From a virus (lineage: Duplodnaviria > Caudoviricetes), in IMG/VR virus record IMGVR_UViG_3300028585_000523, positions 1 through 43,010 of that record: 43,010 nucleotides of DNA. One strand, given 5' to 3'. The position numbers and the translations under genes are program-made. How positions within the stretch are numbered: the stretch's first letter is position 1; each line of letters opens with the position of its first letter. Shown here one piece after another: positions 8,466-16,435 of this stretch. Below the pieces are notes generated by a model that was given only the letters and a program-made list of their open reading frames with translations, did no database searches and was not told where the DNA came from.

Positions 8466-9848
8466 TCACGTCACGGGCGACGCTTTCCATGTCGGCACGA
8501 AGTCCGGCAGGAAAGTCTTCCACAGCGCGTGACCTGGCTGATTACGATGGACGCCGTCGCCTGGATTGTAAGCGGGTGTCCAAAGCAGCGGGTTGGCGCT
8601 GTTTTCGACCATCGACAACGCATCGAGAATTCCGACAAGCGGATGACCTGCCTGGCCTGCCCGAACGCAGGTAGCCGATGGCGCGGTTCCGACCGGTAGG
8701 CCGGTTCTCGTGACGGGGTTCAGCGGTGCGCCATCGCGCTTCCAATCGCGATCCGCCAGCCAGATCGCTTCGCCGATGCTTCCGGTGCCATAGGCCGACG
8801 CATCATTCGCCACGGTGGTGCGCGGGTCCATGACCTGGCCGAAGATCGGGCGACCGCCTCCGCAGAAACCGTATTGCCGAAACCAGGTGGCGATGCTGCC
8901 ATTGTCGCGGAAGTTGGCGAACGTCGTGGCATTGCCGTTGTCGTTGGTGCCGAGTTCGTTGATTCCCATGGTGCAGCGCGCCATCTCGATCAGCGCCTGC
9001 CGGCGCGGGCTGGCACTGTTGAAATCGAACATCGTCCCGCTCGATCGCGTTACCGCCAGATACGGACAGCGGAAGCGGGCTACGAAGTGATGGATTCCGC
9101 CGATTTCGCGGTCCACATAATAGGCCCGATCATCGTTGACGCCCGACGGAATGCTCGTCCCCACCGTCTCGATGCGCAACTCGTTGGCGGGGACCATGCC
9201 GAGGATCATCGTCGGCGCGAAGTCCGACCCGGCGGTGTTGTTGTTGGCGAGTACCGAGACGGTGCCGGCCTGATGCGTGCCCACATTGTTCTGACTGTAC
9301 GAATAGTTTTTGCGGTTCGACCCTTCGGCGACGCGGGTGTCAGGCAGATTGTCGGGCTTCAGCAGCACGTTGCTCAACGGTCGGGTGAGCGGCACCTTGC
9401 CGCCGGCATCGACTTCGATGTCCGTACGGATGAAGAACCCCTCATAGGGCGCGATGTCCGGGTTCGGGATCGCGATCTTGCGGTTTTCATCGATCGCGAC
9501 CGTCTGCAACCCGGCGGAGGCTCCGTAGAGGGTTCCATCGGCCCGGTGCAGCACCGGCCGGACGCGGATCGCATTCAGGCCGGACTGTTCGGCGCCGTTG
9601 TTCGTCCAGTTGGAACAGACTGCCTTCATGGTGCCGGCCGGAATGCCGGACGGTCCGGCGCGATAGAAGGCCGTGGTCGTCCACGCCACCTCGTCCGTGC
9701 CATTGGAGAATGCCGTTGCTCCGCCGAGCAGCGGACCAGGCGCCATGCCTCGTGTCGCGGCGATCGCTTCGACCAAGATCGGCGTGTCGCCGCCGAGCAG
9801 CACTGCATAGCCCAGCGCCCGCCGGGTCTGCCTGAAGCCACGTCCCAT
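8466..9848 (-). CDS. SGNH/GDSL-like hydrolase domain protein (possible tail-associated esterase)
   Basis: RBS AAGGAGA; blocks GTSI, ELGTND and DGVH in the C-terminal half. Confidence 0.7.
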   Translation of the reverse strand: MGRGFRQTRRALGYAVLLGGDTPILVEAIAATRGMAPGPLLGGATAFSNGTDEVAWTTTAFYRAGPSGIPAGTMKAVCSNWTNNGAEQSGLNAIRVRPVLHRADGTLYGASAGLQTVAIDENRKIAIPNPDIAPYEGFFIRTDIEVDAGGKVPLTRPLSNVLLKPDNLPDTRVAEGSNRKNYSYSQNNVGTHQAGTVSVLANNNTAGSDFAPTMILGMVPANELRIETVGTSIPSGVNDDRAYYVDREIGGIHHFVARFRCPYLAVTRSSGTMFDFNSASPRRQALIEMARCTMGINELGTNDNGNATTFANFRDNGSIATWFRQYGFCGGGRPIFGQVMDPRTTVANDASAYGTGSIGEAIWLADRDWKRDGAPLNPVTRTGLPVGTAPSATCVRAGQAGHPLVGILDALSMVENSANPLLWTPAYNPGDGVHRNQPGHALWKTFLPDFVPTWKASPVT

Positions 9849-9921
9849 GAAATTCTCCTTCGTCAGGCGGCGCACGCCGGGGCACCCGATCGGCGCACCG
9901 CGCGCCGATCGGGCACGATCA

Positions 9922-10131
9922 TCAGGCCGCGGGCGGGACGGAAGGGCTGGTCGATGCCGCGATCAAGCCGCCGCCGAGCGCGACCGTGAGCAGGCTCCCC
10001 GCCTGCCCGACCAGTTCGCCCACTTCCGGCAGGCCGACCGCCGCGGCGACGGCAGCGATGCCGACATAGGTGGAGCGCTCCTTGAGACGGCGCAGCAGCC
10101 AGTTTGCGATCTTCTTCATGATGTTCCTCAC
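9922..10131 (-). CDS. Putative holin
   Basis: 69 aa, basic N-terminus (RRLKERSTY), two hydrophobic segments, directly after the endolysin. Confidence 0.65.
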   Translation of the reverse strand: MRNIMKKIANWLLRRLKERSTYVGIAAVAAAVGLPEVGELVGQAGSLLTVALGGGLIAASTSPSVPPAA

Positions 10132-10201
10132 ATGCGTTCGGCCCGCGCCGCCGGTCCCGGCGTCGGGCTGTCGATTCCTGCGTGACCGGGAAAAGGGTCG
10201 C

Positions 10202-10714
10202 TCAGGCCTCGTTGGTCGAGACCGCGCCGCCGGTGGCGGTGAGCGTGACGGGATCGGTCGAGACGGGGACGCCGGCCGGCCAGCGTGAGCCGATCAGCCG
10301 GCCGGCGGGGATCCACGCGTCGCAGACCATGTTGCTCTGGTTGCCGCCCCGCACGCGAAAACACAGGATCGTCCTGCCATCGACGGGGCGCAGCGCCTGG
10401 CCGAGATACCAGCCGACATGACCCCCGCCGTCACGACCGAACACCAGCAGCGCACCGACGCGCGGCGTCGTCGCCACCCCCCACTCCGCCCAGGCCCGCG
10501 CGCGATACCAATGGGCGATGATCGGCAAGCCGGCCTCGCGCAGGCAGATCGCCACGAACGCGCCGCACCATGGCTCCTCGTCGTTCGACCACCAGGCACC
10601 CAGCAGCTTCAGCCAGCCGAGGATCGTCGGATCATGCTTCGATCCGGCCACCTCCCGGATGCCGAGTTTCGATCGCGCAGCCGAAAGCCACGCCAGCGCA
10701 GGCGCTGTCGTCAT
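10202..10714 (-). CDS. Endolysin, TIGR02594-like NlpC/P60-CHAP peptidase
   Basis: DEEPWCGAFV, RARAWAEWG, GGGHVGWY and GGNQSN motifs. Confidence 0.85.
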   Translation of the reverse strand: MTTAPALAWLSAARSKLGIREVAGSKHDPTILGWLKLLGAWWSNDEEPWCGAFVAICLREAGLPIIAHWYRARAWAEWGVATTPRVGALLVFGRDGGGHVGWYLGQALRPVDGRTILCFRVRGGNQSNMVCDAWIPAGRLIGSRWPAGVPVSTDPVTLTATGGAVSTNEA

Positions 10715-10736
10715 GGACGTCTCCCATGGTGAAAGG

Positions 10737-11138
10737 TCAGGCCGGTTCGGCCTCGGTGCTGCCGGCGATCGCCACACGTTCCTGCCGCATCCGGGCCAGG
10801 ATCAGCGCCGATTTTTCGGGCGCCAGTTCCAGCACCATCAGCAGCATCTGGTTTTCGGTGCGATAATTGGCGAGTTCGTGGCGCAGCTGCGACAGCTTGG
10901 CCTCGTACAGTTCGCGTTGATGCTCGACCTGCTGCGCGCAGGAGAGGCGCTCCGCCGCGCCCGCCAGCTCCAGGCCATCGATCCGCGCCTGAAGCCGCTG
11001 GACCAGTTCCAGCGCGACGGTGTCGCTGCGCTCACGCCGGCGGAGAATGAAATCGAACGTCGGCTTGAGGGATGCGCCGAAGCCCCCCGCCCCCACCAGC
11101 GCGACGACATGGGGAAGATAGGATGCCGCCCACGTCAT
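10737..11138 (-). CDS. Lysis-region protein with N-terminal hydrophobic segment and coiled coil
   Basis: RBS GGAGG; position just upstream of the endolysin. Confidence 0.55.
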   Translation of the reverse strand: MTWAASYLPHVVALVGAGGFGASLKPTFDFILRRRERSDTVALELVQRLQARIDGLELAGAAERLSCAQQVEHQRELYEAKLSQLRHELANYRTENQMLLMVLELAPEKSALILARMRQERVAIAGSTEAEPA

Positions 11139-11212
11139 GGCGCGCCCCTCCCGCCGCGCGATCTGCACGGTTCCATCATACTGCCCTCCTGTGATCGCGC
11201 CGTCGCGGCGTC

Positions 11213-14200
11213 TTATTGCGGGCGACCCAGCACCCAGCGGCCCGGGTTCGATCGCCAGACCAGCACATCGCCATCGGCCGGCTGCGCACCGTTCAGATCG
11301 ACGCCCAGCAGATCGGCCAGCGCCAGCGGGGGCGCGATCTTGAGCAGCGGGACATAACCGTCGCGCAGGATCTGCGTGTACGCCCAGACGAACAGCGTGC
11401 CGACGCCGTGGTCGTATGCCGCCTGCATCGCGTTGGTGGTGCTGCGCCAGATCGTGCCGCTGTCCCGGTGCAGCGCGAACCCGCCGAAATAATGCTGCTT
11501 CGACCGCGGATAGCCTAGCCGCCGCTCGATCGCCGCCCGGCCGGAGGCGGATAGATCGGGCCGGCCATCGATGACGAAATCATAATCCTCGACCTGAAGA
11601 ATATCGAGCGCCGGATAGGCCAGTCCGACCGGCATGTTTACGCGCTGCAATTCCGGCATCCGGCTGTCCAGGATCTGCGGCAGATAGAGCAGCGCATGGC
11701 TGACCATCGCCGAATGCTCCGCGCGCACGCCCGCCACCAGCGCCAGCACGGACGCCGCCAGCTTCGCCCCCAGCCAGTCGAGATACAGGGTCCGCTCCGC
11801 GTCCATCGCCCCGGCCATCGTCCGGATCACCGGTGCCTGCCGGCCGGTCTCGGCCAGATAGGCGGCCGTCGTCGCCGGATCGTAGAAGCAGGGGATCTGC
11901 GTTTGCGGATCCACCCAGTACCAGGGTTCGCCGACCTGAAACTGCACGGGCTGCCCGGCCGCGGCGGCGATGGCGCAAAACTGTTTCGCCACCCTCGCCA
12001 GATAGGCCATGCCGGCACTGTTGCAGGGCGAAAACAGACTCGACGGCGGCGACCAGCCGGTCAGCGCCGGCGCGCCGTCCGCATCCAGCTGGCGAAAGCC
12101 GGCGGGCATGAACGCGTCCAGCATCTCATAGCTCAGCGACAGGATCAGCGTGATCCGCTCCGCCTTCAGCAGCGCCGCCAGATCGGCGTGCCACGCCGCA
12201 CAGGGCGCGTTCAGCGGCTGGTCGACATCCTGCGCGACGAAGCGCCCTTCGCCCGCATTCCAGTCCCACCGGAAATAATGGCTCATCCCAACATAATGGT
12301 TGAAGCTGCCGCGATAGCCGAGCAGCCGGAGGTTGCGCAGGATCCGCGCCGGCGCGACATTGTAGCTGTCGTCATAGCCGTTGCTCATGCGGACCTCATG
12401 GACCCCGCCCGGCCCGAGGCCACAGGTCAGCGTCGCATTGGTCCCGGTCACCACGATCTCGGACAGGATCATCCCGCCTTCCACCGGCCCCGCCAGCCGC
12501 GCGTCGCCGCCCGTGTAACCGGCCGGCGCGAGCGAGATGAACATGCGGTCGATATCCCCCGCATAGGCGCTGGAGGTGCCGTAAAATCCGGCCTTCAGAT
12601 GATCGAAATCGATCTCCACGACCGCATCCCGCGCCGTTCCCGACACCGCGGCATTGCCCAGCCGCACATACCAGGTCCGCGCCGCCCCGCCGGCATCGCG
12701 CCCCTCGATCGTCAGCACCGGCCCGTCGATCGCCTCCAGATCGAGCACATCGCCGCGCAGCTGCACCCGGAAGCGCAGCACGCAGCCGCGATAATCGGTG
12801 CGCGTGTCATAGGCGGTGGTCGGATGATCGAACCGGTCGGCCGATTCCCAGATCACGCCGACGAGATGATCCTTCCGATGGAACACCGCATCGACCTCGA
12901 TCCGCCCGGGCGAGGCGCGCAGCGCGGCCATCATCGTGTTCGGGAAGTTCACCGTCCAGAACAGCGGATCGAACCGGCTGCGGGTTTCCGTACCGATCCG
13001 GGCAGAGGCCGTCGCCAGCAGGAAGCGCCCCTGATCGAGCACGTCGCGGGTGACGTCCGCATAAGGCAACGGCTTCGACCCGTCCGTGTCGACGATCGAT
13101 GTCCATTCCGCGGTCGTCGCGGCGCGGTCGATGGCGAGGATCAGCGGGTTGTTCCGGCTGTCATAGACGATCGGTTCGGCCGCGCGCACCGCCGGGCTGT
13201 CCTCCCGATCCCAAGCGTAGATCGCCGCATTTTCCTCGACCAGCACCATCGGGCAGGTGCCGTCCATCGTCATCGTCTGCTCGGCCACCCGGAACAGCCG
13301 GCGCGTCATGCCCAGCGCCGCCAGCGTGACCGGCACGACATCGCCGACCTGATAGCGCCAGCCGCGCGCATTCCAGGTCGCGGACAGGCTCCGCTGATAT
13401 TGTTTCCGTTGCAGGGCCTGCTTGCCGATCCGCTGCGCGGTCGCCGCCTCCTGCGTCTGCGGCAGGTCGACGGTCAGGATCCGGTCGATCCCGTCCGCGA
13501 AATCGAAGGCGCGGATCTCGCCCCATGGGACCAGCTGATAGAGCGAGGCGGACGACGGATCGGTGTAGCGCCCGCGGACGATATTATAGCTCTGCTCCAG
13601 CGCCGCATCCGGGTTCCAGGCGAAGGCGGAGATCATGTCGTCATCGCCCAGCCCGTCGTCGAGCGCGGCGGTCGCCAGATCATTATGCATGATCACCAGC
13701 GACAGCCGCCCGCCGCCGTCGCGCAGCCGGCCGTTGCAGGCGGCGGTGCAGTTGTTCAGCACGGTCGGCGGATCCTCGCCCTCGGTGAACAGCCCGTCGA
13801 GCCGGAAGCGCGGCCGGGCGGTCCCGTCGGCACGCAACACGGCTTCGTCGCACAGATTGGCGGCGACGATGAAACTGGCCATGTCGATCCGCCGCGCCGG
13901 CACGCCCATCCCGACCGACACCAGCCCGTTGATCCGCCAGCCCAGCAGCCGGTTGAGCACCGCCAGCGCCGCGTTCCGCCCGATCTCCCGGTCCGCGACG
14001 CGAAACGCCCAGGTCGCCTGATCGTCGACGCGCATCGGCCCGGACCCGCCGGGGACGGTGTCGTCCAGCCGCGGATCGTAGAAGGGCCGGCCCTCGCCGA
14101 TGATCGTCACCCGGCCGGGCAGGCCGCCCGCGAACGGGCTTTCGGCCTTCTTGCCGTTGCCCGTCCGCTTGATGCGGAGGTGCAGATAGGCGCAGCCGGT

Positions 14201-14761
14201 CAGCCGCCGGGTCGCACCCCATTTCGTCCCGCCATTGATGGCGATGGTATTGGCGGCCGATCCCTCCAGCCGCGTCTGGACGGTCAGGTAACCCGCATAT
14301 TTCCCCTGCACCCCGCCCTTCGCCGACCAGGCCAGCAGATCCTCGAACCACAATTCGTCGATGCTGTTCGCGCGGTGCGCGCCGACGCCGATGATGTAAT
14401 CGATATATTCCTGGTTCGCACCGGACGGTTCAACATAACGGATGTCGGTCGCCATCGCGGTTCGACCCAGCACGTCGGGCCGGCGCGTGTCCGGCACGAG
14501 CGACGCATTCAGCCGGTCGAGCTGCGCCAACTGCGTGACCGGTTTCCGCGCGGTCGCCTCCGACACCCCGCTGAGCGCCACCGCCGTGCCGGCGGCCAGC
14601 GCAAGGCTGCCCAGCGCAGTCGTCGACAGCGCCGCGCCGATCGCCGCCGTGCCGGCCGACGTCGCCGCGATCGACGGCAGGATCGTCGCCCCCCCGGTGA
14701 GGAACGCGCCGCCGATGATCGCCGCGCCGAGCGCGATCCGGCCGATGGCCTTGCTGCTCAT
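11213..14761 (-). CDS. Tail tip/host-specificity protein fused to a GTA-like TIM-barrel module
   Basis: Start MSSKAIG; N-terminal tail-tip region (GRPFYDPR, NLCDE); C-terminal RFDPLFWTVNFP...NHYVGMSHY...FQVGEPW...LQVEDYD. Confidence 0.8.
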   Translation of the reverse strand: MSSKAIGRIALGAAIIGGAFLTGGATILPSIAATSAGTAAIGAALSTTALGSLALAAGTAVALSGVSEATARKPVTQLAQLDRLNASLVPDTRRPDVLGRTAMATDIRYVEPSGANQEYIDYIIGVGAHRANSIDELWFEDLLAWSAKGGVQGKYAGYLTVQTRLEGSAANTIAINGGTKWGATRRLTGCAYLHLRIKRTGNGKKAESPFAGGLPGRVTIIGEGRPFYDPRLDDTVPGGSGPMRVDDQATWAFRVADREIGRNAALAVLNRLLGWRINGLVSVGMGVPARRIDMASFIVAANLCDEAVLRADGTARPRFRLDGLFTEGEDPPTVLNNCTAACNGRLRDGGGRLSLVIMHNDLATAALDDGLGDDDMISAFAWNPDAALEQSYNIVRGRYTDPSSASLYQLVPWGEIRAFDFADGIDRILTVDLPQTQEAATAQRIGKQALQRKQYQRSLSATWNARGWRYQVGDVVPVTLAALGMTRRLFRVAEQTMTMDGTCPMVLVEENAAIYAWDREDSPAVRAAEPIVYDSRNNPLILAIDRAATTAEWTSIVDTDGSKPLPYADVTRDVLDQGRFLLATASARIGTETRSRFDPLFWTVNFPNTMMAALRASPGRIEVDAVFHRKDHLVGVIWESADRFDHPTTAYDTRTDYRGCVLRFRVQLRGDVLDLEAIDGPVLTIEGRDAGGAARTWYVRLGNAAVSGTARDAVVEIDFDHLKAGFYGTSSAYAGDIDRMFISLAPAGYTGGDARLAGPVEGGMILSEIVVTGTNATLTCGLGPGGVHEVRMSNGYDDSYNVAPARILRNLRLLGYRGSFNHYVGMSHYFRWDWNAGEGRFVAQDVDQPLNAPCAAWHADLAALLKAERITLILSLSYEMLDAFMPAGFRQLDADGAPALTGWSPPSSLFSPCNSAGMAYLARVAKQFCAIAAAAGQPVQFQVGEPWYWVDPQTQIPCFYDPATTAAYLAETGRQAPVIRTMAGAMDAERTLYLDWLGAKLAASVLALVAGVRAEHSAMVSHALLYLPQILDSRMPELQRVNMPVGLAYPALDILQVEDYDFVIDGRPDLSASGRAAIERRLGYPRSKQHYFGGFALHRDSGTIWRSTTNAMQAAYDHGVGTLFVWAYTQILRDGYVPLLKIAPPLALADLLGVDLNGAQPADGDVLVWRSNPGRWVLGRPQ

Positions 14762-15186
14762 GCCGCCTCTCCCACGAAGGGCACGCGCCAGGCGGCGGTC
14801 CAGTCGTCGCCGCGCGGCAACCGCACCAGCCCGACCCGCTCCGGATCCACGCCGGGCGCGGTCGCGAACGCGCCGAAACACAAGGCCAGCGATCCGCCGA
14901 TCAGCACCAGATCGCCGCGATGCGCCAGCGCCGGCGGGATGCGGACGAACTTGGTATCGAGCGTCGCTTCCAGCGTGCCCGCGCCAAGCCGCCGGAGCGC
15001 GATCAGCGATCCCCGCTCGGTCGCATATCGCCCGCGAAATTCGGGCATCGGATCCACGCCGGTCATCGCCAGCACCGCGCCGGCACAGAAGGTGCAGCAA
15101 TCATGCGTGCCCCAGCGATGCGGCAGCGCGCGCAGCGGCCCGAGATAGTCCGCCAGCCGCTGCTCCCAATCCGCCCGCCGGATCAT
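14758..15186 (-). CDS. NlpC/P60-like tail assembly protein (DUF6950-like)
   Basis: DWEQRL...WGTHDCCTF...MTGVDP...RGD motif; position in the tail cluster. Confidence 0.75.
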   Translation of the reverse strand: MIRRADWEQRLADYLGPLRALPHRWGTHDCCTFCAGAVLAMTGVDPMPEFRGRYATERGSLIALRRLGAGTLEATLDTKFVRIPPALAHRGDLVLIGGSLALCFGAFATAPGVDPERVGLVRLPRGDDWTAAWRVPFVGEAA

Positions 15187-15842
15187 AGCCGCGCCGCCAT
15201 GCGCCCGGCCATGCCGCCCGCCGCCATCGCCGCCGCGATCCCGCCGCCGCCGCCGGTCAGCGCCGCCGCGCTGGTGCCGTTCGCAACCGCGATCGAGGCC
15301 TCCGCCGACAGGTCGCCGGAATCATAGCGCGCCTGATCGAGCCAGGACCGGTTCGACGCCTGCATCAGAAACGCCAGATAGGTTTCGATATCGAGGATGA
15401 TCGTCTGCGCGCTGCGGTCGCCCACCACCTTCGGCACGGTCATGTAACCGGTGAAATAGCACCAGATATTGCCGATCCGCTGGAGGTTCTCATCGAACAT
15501 CATCCGCCACAGCCGGGCGTCGCGTCCCTGCCAGTTGGCCTTGTCGCCGATCCGGGTCATCAATTCGTCGTCGACCCCGGCCAACCCGGACAGCGTGCAG
15601 CTGACCGTATCGCCGCCACCTTCCTTCGATCGCACCGCGCTCACCGAAATGAAGCGCGGATCCACGGCGAGGAAGGTGTGGCCGTCCAGATCGGCGTCGC
15701 CGGTCCCCTCGAACGTGATCGAATAGGGCGCGGTCGTCACCCGGATCGGATCGCCGAGGATATCCAGAAAGCCGACCGTGTGCGGGCGGATGACCGGCTG
15801 GTCGAGCGCGGCGATGGCGCTGCTGTCGGGACGGCTCGCCAT
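15183..15842 (-). CDS. Minor tail protein
   Basis: Translationally coupled within the tail operon; start MASRPD. Confidence 0.7.
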   Translation of the reverse strand: MASRPDSSAIAALDQPVIRPHTVGFLDILGDPIRVTTAPYSITFEGTGDADLDGHTFLAVDPRFISVSAVRSKEGGGDTVSCTLSGLAGVDDELMTRIGDKANWQGRDARLWRMMFDENLQRIGNIWCYFTGYMTVPKVVGDRSAQTIILDIETYLAFLMQASNRSWLDQARYDSGDLSAEASIAVANGTSAAALTGGGGGIAAAMAAGGMAGRMAARL

Positions 15843-16435
15843 CAGAAGCGCTCCCTGCAATCGAACTGGATCTGGTAATTTTGCCCGATGCCGACCGACC
15901 ATCCGGCCTCGTCATCGACCATCGCCATCGTCGCATAAGGCCGGCGGACCTCGATCGCCGCGCCATCGGCGGGGATCTCGCGCAGGTACGGCTTGAACCG
16001 GAGCGGCGCGACGCCGGCATCGTCCGCGACGACATCCGCCACCAGCATCAGCAACTGCTCGCCGACCGTCGCGAACTGCCCGCGGCGCAGCTTCAGCCCC
16101 GCCGAACCCCAGTTGCGCGTCACCAGCTGATGACCGCTTTGCCCCGCCCCCGCGACGACGGGCGCCGCGCCGACGATCTGGTCCCGCTCGCACGCGACCA
16201 GCCGGAACCAGTGCGCGCTCCCCTCCAGATCGACGACGAACGCCCGCCAGGCGAGGATATTGGCCTCGCCGACGATCGACGGATAGGTGACGCTCGCCCG
16301 CCAGCGCGGCGCCCCCGCAAGGATCACGGTCTGCGCGGCGGCGGACCATTCCGATTCGTTGACCTGCGTCCGCGCACCCGGCTTCCAGTCGATCTTCGCT
16401 GCGACCGGGGCGGGCGGGATGATAACAAGGCTCAT
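15842..16435 (-). CDS. Putative distal tail protein
   Basis: Immediately follows the tape measure gene; 197 aa, beta-rich. Confidence 0.65.
   Translation of the reverse strand: MSLVIIPPAPVAAKIDWKPGARTQVNESEWSAAAQTVILAGAPRWRASVTYPSIVGEANILAWRAFVVDLEGSAHWFRLVACERDQIVGAAPVVAGAGQSGHQLVTRNWGSAGLKLRRGQFATVGEQLLMLVADVVADDAGVAPLRFKPYLREIPADGAAIEVRRPYATMAMVDDEAGWSVGIGQNYQIQFDCRERF

Noticed and set aside
14762-15100. N-terminal extension of the tail-tip ORF
   Set aside because: It overlaps the DUF6950-like gene; the ATGA-coupled start with RBS GGAGAGG is at 14761
11696-15148. 1150-aa plus-strand ORF, and similar long antisense ORFs at 16438..20049, 23104..25515 and 25271..26734
   Set aside because: They are shadows of well-supported minus-strand genes in GC-rich DNA and carry no recognisable motifs
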